A stretch of DNA of 64,000 nt from Candidatus Cloacimonadales bacterium (GTDB taxonomy: Bacteria > Cloacimonadota > Cloacimonadia > Cloacimonadales > DAONDQ01): assembly GCA_963662275.1 (NCBI GenBank), contig OY759316.1, forward strand, positions 352,001 to 416,000, given 5' to 3'. The notes under the pieces were generated by a model. That model saw only the letters and a program-made list of their open reading frames with translations. It ran no database searches and had not been told where the DNA came from. This document shows positions 49,321 through 57,689 of the stretch, one piece after another. Position 1 is the stretch's first letter; every line of letters begins with the position of its first letter. The position numbers were made by a program, and so were the translations under genes.

Positions 49321-50279
49321 TTGATCGCCCACAATACACATCGCGCATATATTCACGGTTATTTGCTTCACGCCCCCAATCCATATCGATTATTGGTGAT
49401 TGGCAATTGGGTAAGTCATCTATATTGCAGCTTTTATCTGATGAAAGCTCATGCAATCAATACCAGTTTAATCATATGAATCCCATCTTTATCCTCTTTG
49501 ATTTAAAAGAATCAAAAGCAGATTGGCAGACATTCCTTTCATCCATATATGCCAAGTTAGCTCAATATTCAAATACGAAGCAGGATGTTACTCAAGTAGA
49601 TTCAGATATCTACCAGGCTTTACAAAAATTAGTGGTAGAATTACAGGAAAAGTATGCAATCTGCCTGTTGATCGATAATTTTGAATTACTGACCCAGAAT
49701 CCTGAAACACCCTTAGAATTCTTTTCCTATCTGCGATCCCTGGCAAATACCTACCGGCTTGCCTACATTACAACATCCAGAGCCTCACTGCAATCGCTAT
49801 GCGTAAGTTCAGATATCTGTGAATCGCCATTTTTTAACATCTTCACAAATCTGGAATTAAAGAATTTATCGGTGGACGAAGGAAAAACACTGTTAAATGC
49901 ATACAATATTACGGATAAAACGGAACTTGCCTTTGAAATAACCGGTGGGCATACTGGTCTATTCATGAAATGGATATTGTGGTTTGTTCATAACCAGGAT
50001 GTAGGGCATGATCAAATACAATCACAATTCTTTGACTCGGTTGAGTGGTATTGCCAGGAATGGTTTGCTCAATTCAGTCCTGATTACCAGGAAGTATTAA
50101 CGAAACTCGCCAAGCAGGAGAAAATCCCCTCTGATAAGCAGTATCTGATGGAATCACTGAAACGTAAAGGCTATCTTACTATTGCGAATACTATTTCTGC
50201 AAGGGCATTTTATAATTATCTGTTGCAGCAGGAATCAAAGCCTAAAGCTGGATTGTTCGCCAGGCTGTTTAAAAAGTAG
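49305..50279 (+). CDS. Stand-alone STAND-like P-loop ATPase with degenerate Walker B
   Basis: GGAG SD before ATG 49305; GDWQLGKSS, LLIDNFE, LRSLA, SPFFNIF; paralogous to the upstream ATPase domain. Confidence 0.85.
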   Translation: MEQILIDRPQYTSRIYSRLFASRPQSISIIGDWQLGKSSILQLLSDESSCNQYQFNHMNPIFILFDLKESKADWQTFLSSIYAKLAQYSNTKQDVTQVDSDIYQALQKLVVELQEKYAICLLIDNFELLTQNPETPLEFFSYLRSLANTYRLAYITTSRASLQSLCVSSDICESPFFNIFTNLELKNLSVDEGKTLLNAYNITDKTELAFEITGGHTGLFMKWILWFVHNQDVGHDQIQSQFFDSVEWYCQEWFAQFSPDYQEVLTKLAKQEKIPSDKQYLMESLKRKGYLTIANTISARAFYNYLLQQESKPKAGLFARLFKK

Positions 50280-50318
50280 GTATAAGAATTTAAGATTTAA
50301 GATGTAAGATTGGCAGAG

Positions 50319-50540
50319 CAGTCCGGTACGGACGATAGATAATAACGCTCGGATTTCAATCCGGCGAGAGATGACTCAAAGTGACAACCAGTCCGGTACG
50401 GACGATAGATAATAACGCTCGGATTTCAATCCGGCGAGAGATGACACGGAGATCATCTGTCGTCCCGATGGGACTTAGACCTTCTTCTTATATCCTGCAC
50501 CGGATTGAAATCCGGTGTTAATATGTTTCTTCCCTACGGG
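50319..50540. repeat. REP-like cluster: 57-bp perfect direct repeat x2 plus inverted partners
   Basis: 50319-50375 = 50389-50445; inverse pieces TGTCGTCCCGATGGGACT and CACCGGATTGAAATCCGGTG. Confidence 0.8.
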
Positions 50541-50571
50541 AATACGAAACTACGAAATCTCAGGAGAGTGT

Positions 50572-53500
50572 ATGAGTTATAACCAGATACCCCAGAATCC
50601 TTATATCGTTGGAAATCCCATCCAATCGAGCAGTATGTTTTATGGACGGAATGAAGACTTCCTCTATATCAAGGATAAGCTTCAAAAAGAAGCACGGGGT
50701 CTGATTATTACACTCGCTGGGGAAAGACGAAGCGGGAAGACATCCATCCTGTTCCAAATCCTGAATGGCAGGCTGGGTGAAGGGTATCTTCCCTTCTTTG
50801 TCGATATGCAGGCAATGGCTGCAGTGGAATCAGATGCCCAATTTCTCAGTCGTTTGGATAACGTAATACGAACTCAATTAACTATCCAGGTTTCCGAGCA
50901 GGATTATCAAGGCAATAAATGGTCAGCTTTCGAAAATTTCCTCCATTCAATTAAAGAAGCATATACAGAGAAGAAAATCATATTCCTCCTGGATGAGTAT
51001 GAAATCATCGAAAACAAAATTGATAAACAAATGATTACAACAGAAATGATCACTTTCTTTGCCAATCTGATGGAAAATCATAACATCTTTTTCCTGTTTA
51101 CCGGTTCTAACAAATTGGAAGACCGCAATGCCACATATTGGAAAACACTCTTCAGTAAATCACAATATCGAAAGATCACTTTCCTTCAAAAAAAGGACTG
51201 TCTTGATTTAATAACAAAGCCTGTTGAAAACTATGTGATCTATACTCCTGATCAATTGGATAATATCTGGCGTCTCACAGCAGGACAGCCATTCTATACT
51301 CAGATCTTCTGCCAGAATATGGTGGATAGGCTGCAATTGGAACAGCATAATGAAGTGCTGGACAATGACATCGATGCTGTCATTAAAGATATTGTAGATA
51401 ATCCCATGCCCCAGATGATCTATTTCTGGCAGGAATTGGATGCTAAACATAAACTGACATTATCCATTTTAGCAGAAGTAATCAATACTAAAGATGACTG
51501 GGTAGACTGTGATGATCTAATGAAATGCCTGAAAAACCAAAAGATCGATATCAATATCCATGCTTCAGATTTTCATACTGCCATGGAAGAACTCTATCAT
51601 AATGATATCTTAACCAAGAAAGGCAAACAATACCAATTCCGTGTCGATATCTTTCGCTTCTGGATCAAGCAGGAACAGAATGTCTGGAAACTGCTGAGTG
51701 AGATAAAAATTGATAAAGAAAAGAGACCAGTACATCGTTTAACTCTTTCTATTGGTTTTGTTCTTATGGTACTTTTGATTATAGGTGGTTTATTCAGAAT
51801 TTATATAGTACTGAAACCTACATCTGAATTTGGTATGAGCAAAAATCGTGAAGCAATAAATTTGTATAAGCAAGCGCAGGATAGATTTGCAGAAAACGAC
51901 ACAAGCTTTGCTCTTCAAAACGTAAATCGTGCATTGGCAGCAGATTCCTCTTTTTTCATGGCAAAAATACTCAAAGCAGATATTCTGAAAGCACAGAATA
52001 ATCTTCCAGAAGCTCTTAAAGTATATCAGAATGCAGAAAACCAATATTATTATAGTACCGATGTCGGGGAAAAAATCAGTTCTATTCCAATTTCTTTCAA
52101 AACTGATGATAAGCTAGCTCAATGGAGAACGACAGATACAGAGGATTATTTTATCTATGATATGCTTTATATTTCTCATGTACTTTCAAATGACATGATT
52201 AAAGCAAATAAAAATCATAATCTTTATATTTATAGCTTAAGAAAGAATAAGTGGTTTTCTTTTCAGAATTCTGTATGTTTAATGACTGATAAGAAGGCTA
52301 TTTTCTTTTATAATATCCAAAATCAAGCTCTTTGTAAATTCGATGTTAACCGAGGGAAAACAATATGGAAAACGAAATTAACAGGTTTATTACAGAACTC
52401 ACTTATACCTGATATATCTGAAACAAAACATTGTAAGTATTTGATACTAAGAGAAAGGAAGCAGCTTTTTCTTTTTAATCAGGATACGGGAAAACTTGTC
52501 ATTCGTAAAGTCTATCCAAATAATATACAGAACGTCTTTTTCCTATCCAAGGATAACCGACTTTGGGTTGTCTTTGACCAAATGCATCAAATCCTCAGCT
52601 TACCAGACTTGTCTTTTATCACCCAAAAGACTATTCCAAATATGGATGTTTCTTTTGAGAAGGTCAATAATACAATCATTAGCTCTAATGATTCCAACAA
52701 TCACAGAACAGAGCTATTAGAGTATAAAGAACAGAATGGAAAGTTAAATCGAATTACAAATATCTTTGCATTCAACAATGAAAGTGGAAATGGAACTATG
52801 TTAAGTAAAAAGCTGCTCTATGTTTTAAATAATAATAAACCGCAGGTTTTTAATTTACAAACCAAACAGCTATATTCAATGTCCAATTTGAGCCGTTATC
52901 AAATTCTAAGCATGTATTCTAATCAGTATGAGATTGGAAATTATGACGACAGAATATTTTTCTTTACAGAAAAAGACTTATTGATCTATAATTTAAAAAG
53001 TCATAAAGTGCAAGAAGTTATTGCTCTTAATAAACTGACAGATTCTACCACTTCTTCCATTCCTACAGACATAGAATTTGATAAATATCGAAAACGTATT
53101 ATTTGTCTCTATTCGGATAAAACAGAATCAAATAATGTACAAAGCCAAGTAATATCCATTGTGGACATAAAGAAGAAGAGTATCATATACAGTAATCGTT
53201 TGGACATTAATACCCCAATATCATTCATTCAAAAAAATATGTACTCTTTTATACAATATGACGTTCTTGCTTACGCGAATCTCATTTGGAATGAAATTAA
53301 CTTCGTTTTAATGAATCCTGATAATTATCAAGTATCTTTTGTTGCGAAACTTGATATGATGCTGATATATAAAAATAAACTATTTATCATGAAAAACAGA
53401 GATGTGCTCTGTCTCAATACATTCCCTCGCCAAGATAATAAATACCTTCAAAAAATACAGGAAAATATCATTCTGTTGAGTTTCCAATTAAAACAGCCAA

Positions 53501-54990
53501 AAAACGTAATTGAAAGCTTTGATAAATTGATCAAATATGCTAAAACAGTCAACGATGTGAATGTCCTAAGGACTATAATTAATACTGTTCAAATATTCAA
53601 ACCTGAGATGCTAGGATATTATGTAACAAAATGTGTAAATCTTTCAAACGACCTTAACTCTCTTAAACCAGATATTAATTATTCAATGCAGCTAATTCCT
53701 TCAGCACGATTTAAGGATAAATTACTACCACATAATAGCTATGATGAACTGGAAAAATTGAATGATGAATTGGTTGCTCGAGTAGATGAAAATTCTGTTT
53801 TTAGAATAAATAATAACCAACCAGATCTTCTATATCAGGAAACAAATACTAACAACATCTACGTTGCGAGTGGAATATCATCGTATATTCAGAATACGGA
53901 ACCACCTAAATTGAACATAGTGGACAGGCAAAATCATGTTTTTACACATAATTTACCCTTTCCAAAGCAGATGAGAGCTGCAATCAACTGGTATGATGAA
54001 AACAATATAGTATATATAACCCAGGAACAATTTGGAGACGGCTTTAATTATGAAATGAGGCCAATGGATATCTATACAGGTAATAAATCTATCATTTGGC
54101 AGAAATGGAGTAGCAGTCTTCATCTAATAGGCATGATTCAAAGAGAGAATAAAGTTGGTCTCATGTACTCTGATAGTCTTGCTAAAGTCTATTATGTCAA
54201 AACACCTCAAAGCAAATTAATCATTCCCGATTTTTCCCAAATTCTGTCTGTTAATAGTAAAGACATTGAAAATTCAGATCAGATAATGATGAATGAATTT
54301 CCTAAATCAGTAATCACATATATCTCAAGTGGTAAAAATACTTCTGTGACACTCAGTAAGGATGAACTGTCTTCTGCGCAATTCATGAATTTGACAAAAC
54401 AATATATCCAATGGTTTGATGTGAGAAATTCAGTTTTTGAACCTATCATTGAACTCGATAAACCATGTAGTATTAGTCATAATGAAATTGAGATTTATGA
54501 TTCAATGATAGACGATAAATATATTATTCAAAGGGGAAAAGATGTAGAAAATAACGCTTTCTTTAATATAGCTTTCAATTGTTTAACAGGAGCTGTTTCA
54601 GATTACCAAGTCCTACCTGCATCAAATGATCGTAGCTCAATTACATATAAAAATTACTCGTTAATGGAAAGCAGTCTCAATATAGGGATGGTAAATATTA
54701 AACTATATAAACAAACTGCGAATGGTAAATTAGCGCTACTTTGGGAAAAACAGATACCGTATGACTTTGGATATCTTTATAATATTCAATCTGGTATTTG
54801 TACTTTAATATGTAATCTTTCTACTAATAATATATCGAACCGCCATCTTGTTTATCTCTCTGAAACAGACGGTCATATCATCAAATCATTCCCTATTTTG
54901 AATGATATGCAGTATTTTTCATTCACAAACCAACCTCCTATCCTCTTTCATAAGAAACTTGGGTTTTATGAATTACCAGCAGTCAAGTGA
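50572..54990 (+). CDS. STAND-like ATPase + TM helix + TPR-like + predicted beta-propeller region
   Basis: AGGAG SD; NPYIVGNP..FYGR, GERRSGKTS, FLLDEYE, TAGQPFY; TM LTLSIGFVLMVLLIIGGLF; TPR-like helices; PQQ/WD-like blades (FDVNRGKTIWK, FNQDTGKLV, LSETDGHIIK). Confidence 0.85.
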   Translation: MSYNQIPQNPYIVGNPIQSSSMFYGRNEDFLYIKDKLQKEARGLIITLAGERRSGKTSILFQILNGRLGEGYLPFFVDMQAMAAVESDAQFLSRLDNVIRTQLTIQVSEQDYQGNKWSAFENFLHSIKEAYTEKKIIFLLDEYEIIENKIDKQMITTEMITFFANLMENHNIFFLFTGSNKLEDRNATYWKTLFSKSQYRKITFLQKKDCLDLITKPVENYVIYTPDQLDNIWRLTAGQPFYTQIFCQNMVDRLQLEQHNEVLDNDIDAVIKDIVDNPMPQMIYFWQELDAKHKLTLSILAEVINTKDDWVDCDDLMKCLKNQKIDINIHASDFHTAMEELYHNDILTKKGKQYQFRVDIFRFWIKQEQNVWKLLSEIKIDKEKRPVHRLTLSIGFVLMVLLIIGGLFRIYIVLKPTSEFGMSKNREAINLYKQAQDRFAENDTSFALQNVNRALAADSSFFMAKILKADILKAQNNLPEALKVYQNAENQYYYSTDVGEKISSIPISFKTDDKLAQWRTTDTEDYFIYDMLYISHVLSNDMIKANKNHNLYIYSLRKNKWFSFQNSVCLMTDKKAIFFYNIQNQALCKFDVNRGKTIWKTKLTGLLQNSLIPDISETKHCKYLILRERKQLFLFNQDTGKLVIRKVYPNNIQNVFFLSKDNRLWVVFDQMHQILSLPDLSFITQKTIPNMDVSFEKVNNTIISSNDSNNHRTELLEYKEQNGKLNRITNIFAFNNESGNGTMLSKKLLYVLNNNKPQVFNLQTKQLYSMSNLSRYQILSMYSNQYEIGNYDDRIFFFTEKDLLIYNLKSHKVQEVIALNKLTDSTTSSIPTDIEFDKYRKRIICLYSDKTESNNVQSQVISIVDIKKKSIIYSNRLDINTPISFIQKNMYSFIQYDVLAYANLIWNEINFVLMNPDNYQVSFVAKLDMMLIYKNKLFIMKNRDVLCLNTFPRQDNKYLQKIQENIILLSFQLKQPKNVIESFDKLIKYAKTVNDVNVLRTIINTVQIFKPEMLGYYVTKCVNLSNDLNSLKPDINYSMQLIPSARFKDKLLPHNSYDELEKLNDELVARVDENSVFRINNNQPDLLYQETNTNNIYVASGISSYIQNTEPPKLNIVDRQNHVFTHNLPFPKQMRAAINWYDENNIVYITQEQFGDGFNYEMRPMDIYTGNKSIIWQKWSSSLHLIGMIQRENKVGLMYSDSLAKVYYVKTPQSKLIIPDFSQILSVNSKDIENSDQIMMNEFPKSVITYISSGKNTSVTLSKDELSSAQFMNLTKQYIQWFDVRNSVFEPIIELDKPCSISHNEIEIYDSMIDDKYIIQRGKDVENNAFFNIAFNCLTGAVSDYQVLPASNDRSSITYKNYSLMESSLNIGMVNIKLYKQTANGKLALLWEKQIPYDFGYLYNIQSGICTLICNLSTNNISNRHLVYLSETDGHIIKSFPILNDMQYFSFTNQPPILFHKKLGFYELPAVK

Positions 54991-55115
54991 AGTACGAAGT
55001 TCGAAGTGCGAAGTACGAAGTTGCAGAACAAGAAGAAGGGAAGATTGATTGAATAGAGCACGTAGTGTGAAAGATAATAGCCTAGCGTAAGCTATGGGTA
55101 ATCATAGGAGAATGT

Positions 55116-57119
55116 ATGAGTTATAATCAGATACCTCAGAATCCTTATATCGTGGGAAATCCCATCCAATCGAGTTCAATGTTTTATGGTCGGAATGAAG
55201 ACTTCCTCTATATCAAGGATAAGCTTCAAAAAGAAGCACGGGGACTGATTATTACACTTGCAGGAGAAAGACGAAGCGGGAAGACATCCATCCTCTTCCA
55301 AATCCTGAACGGCAGGCTGGGTGAAGAGTATCTTCCATTCTTTGTGGACATGCAGGCAATGGCAGCAGTGGAATCGGATGCCCAGTTTCTCAGCCGTTTG
55401 GATAATGTGATCAGAACTCAGTTGACAATCCCTGTTGCAGAACAGGATTACCAAGGTAATAAATGGTCTGCATTCGAAAACTTCCTCAATTCTGTGAAAG
55501 AAGCATATCCGGGGAAGAAAATCATATTCCTCTTAGATGAGTATGAAATCATTGAAAATAAAATAGATAAACAAATGATTACGGCAGAAATGATCACTTT
55601 CTTCGCTAATCTCATGGAAAATCATAACATCTTTTTTCTTTTCACTGGTTCGACAAAGCTTGAAGATCGCAATGCATCTTATTGGAAAACACTCTTCAGT
55701 AAATCACAATATCGAAAGATCACTTTTCTCAAGAAACAGGATTGTATCGATTTGATCACTAAGCCTGTTGAGAATTTCGTTATCTATACTCCTGATCAAT
55801 TGGAGAATATCTGGCGTCTGACTGCCGGTCAGCCATTCTACACACAGATATTCTGTCAGAATATGGTGGATAGACTGCAATTGGAACAGCGTAATGAAGT
55901 ACTTGAAGAAGATATTGATGCTGTCATTACCGATATTGTTGACAATCCTATGCCCCAGATGATCTATTTCTGGCAGGAACTGGATGCCAAACATAAACTT
56001 ACACTTTCCCTCCTGGCAGAAATCAATACGACGAAAGATAAATGGGCTGATTGTGATGATTTATTAAAATGTCTGAAAAACCAGAAGATAGATATCAACA
56101 TTCACGCATCGGATTTCCATACTGCTTTTGAAGAGCTTTATCATAATGACATTCTATCAAAAAAAGGCAAACAGTACCAATTCCGTGTCGATATCTTCCG
56201 CTTCTGGATCAAACAGGAACAGAATGTCTGGAAACTACTCAAGGAAGTGAATCTTGATAAAGAAGCCAAACCTACACGGAATAACATCCTGGCAGTGAGT
56301 ATTGTTGGGCTCTTGGTAGTGATTTGTGCTGGTGTGCTTTTTTATGCGTTGAAGCCAAAACCAGCAACAATCCAGAGTTCCAAACCCACACAAAATACTA
56401 AAATCGAGGAAATATATGTGGATGGAGGTACGTTCACTATGGGTGACACAGCAGGTGGTGGAATTGAGGATGAAAAACCTACGCATCAAGTGAAGCTATC
56501 CTCTTTTTATATAGGGAAATACGAAGTTACCCAGGAGCAGTGGCAGGATGTCATGAACTATAATCCTTCCGTTTTCAGAGGTGAAAGCCTTCCGGTTGAG
56601 GCGATAAGCTGGTACGACTGCATTGAATTCTGCAACAAACTAAGCCTGCAGAAAAGATTAATGCCTTGTTATAGCGGAGATCGAAACAATATAACGTGCA
56701 ATTGGACTGCCAATGGTTACAGGCTTCTCACGGAAGCAGAATGGGAATATGCTGCCAAAGGTGGTAAAAAGAGCAAGGGTTACAAATATTCAGGCGATAA
56801 CGAACCGCAAAGTGTGGCTTGGTACGCTGCAAATTCCAGCAGCAGGACACACCAGGTTGGTCAAAAACGAGCAAACGAACTGGGATTATCTGATATGAGC
56901 GGTAATGTCTGGGAATGGTGCTGGGATAGGTTTAAAGCAGATTATTATAGCCTGAGTCCTATATCAAATCCGAGGGGACCAGAAGAAAAATCGTACCGGC
57001 TGCTGCGCGGTGGCTCCTGGTTCTTCAATGAATACGGTTGTCGTGTTTCTACCCGTAATTATCTTAACGAAGGAGACAGGCGAGATAACATCGGATTTCG
57101 ATTATGCAGAAGGAAATGA
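55116..57119 (+). CDS. STAND-like ATPase + TM helix + FGE-sulfatase (C-type-lectin-fold) domain
   Basis: N-terminal ~383 aa nearly identical to the previous gene; TM ILAVSIVGLLVVICAGVLF; GGTFTMG, KYEVT, RLLTEAEWEYAA, DMSGNVWEWC, RGGSW, GFRL. Confidence 0.92.
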   Translation: MSYNQIPQNPYIVGNPIQSSSMFYGRNEDFLYIKDKLQKEARGLIITLAGERRSGKTSILFQILNGRLGEEYLPFFVDMQAMAAVESDAQFLSRLDNVIRTQLTIPVAEQDYQGNKWSAFENFLNSVKEAYPGKKIIFLLDEYEIIENKIDKQMITAEMITFFANLMENHNIFFLFTGSTKLEDRNASYWKTLFSKSQYRKITFLKKQDCIDLITKPVENFVIYTPDQLENIWRLTAGQPFYTQIFCQNMVDRLQLEQRNEVLEEDIDAVITDIVDNPMPQMIYFWQELDAKHKLTLSLLAEINTTKDKWADCDDLLKCLKNQKIDINIHASDFHTAFEELYHNDILSKKGKQYQFRVDIFRFWIKQEQNVWKLLKEVNLDKEAKPTRNNILAVSIVGLLVVICAGVLFYALKPKPATIQSSKPTQNTKIEEIYVDGGTFTMGDTAGGGIEDEKPTHQVKLSSFYIGKYEVTQEQWQDVMNYNPSVFRGESLPVEAISWYDCIEFCNKLSLQKRLMPCYSGDRNNITCNWTANGYRLLTEAEWEYAAKGGKKSKGYKYSGDNEPQSVAWYAANSSSRTHQVGQKRANELGLSDMSGNVWEWCWDRFKADYYSLSPISNPRGPEEKSYRLLRGGSWFFNEYGCRVSTRNYLNEGDRRDNIGFRLCRRK

Positions 57120-57220
57120 AGAGCAGAAATTACGAATTACGAATTATGAATTGAAGAGTATAGGGGCAATACAAATTACAGAGAAAATACACACATATAG
57201 AACATACGGCTCTTAATTGA

Positions 57221-57286
57221 TTACCGAGGGACGACCAAGGGATGACCGAGAGATGACCGAGACTAAACCGAGACTGCTCTCGGTAA
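57221..57286. repeat. 11-bp period repeat (ACCRAG.....) x5 bounded by IR TTACCGAG/CTCGGTAA
   Basis: Units at 57223, 57234, 57245, 57256, 57267. Confidence 0.7.
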
Positions 57287-57386
57287 TGGCAGGCTGATGG
57301 TTGGTTTAGGTTTCAATTATAATTGGCTATTCATTTAGGTAGAACAATAGAATTAAGAATTGCGGATAGGCTTGCTGATGCTTGAA

Positions 57387-57657
57387 ACGGAACGCCTCAC
57401 CCCGTGAGGTGGCAAAAGGCACCCCGTGCGTTTTCTACTTTTTGCAGAGAACATGGGAGAGAAGGGAAGAAGGACTTGCAGAATGGAAGATGGAAGATTG
57501 TGCAGAGAAGAGCAGAGAATTTATTTCCGTAAATCCATACGAAGAATCTAACTATCCGCTTAGACTTTGCTTAGGGCAAGCCAATACCACTCGTTAATTG
57601 ACGGGGGTTAAAACGCACGGGGTGCGTTTTGCCACCTCACGGGGTGAGGCGTTCCGT
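57387..57657. repeat. MITE/REPIN-like element with 48-bp terminal inverted repeats
   Basis: 57387-57434 vs 57610-57657 match at 47/48; 175-bp interior. Confidence 0.8.
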
Positions 57658-57689
57658 CTGCAACTTTTAACTTTTAATTTTTAATTCTC

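Noticed and set aside
50319..50445. Mini-CRISPR
   Set aside because: Only two 57-bp copies with a 13-bp gap and inverted partners; REP-like
50515..50571. N-terminal extension of gene 3 from the ORF track
   Set aside because: Lies in REP sequence; the SD and the paralogue both support ATG 50572
57382..57597. 71-aa ORF as a transposase of the IR element
   Set aside because: Too short, no catalytic motifs, starts at the IR itself
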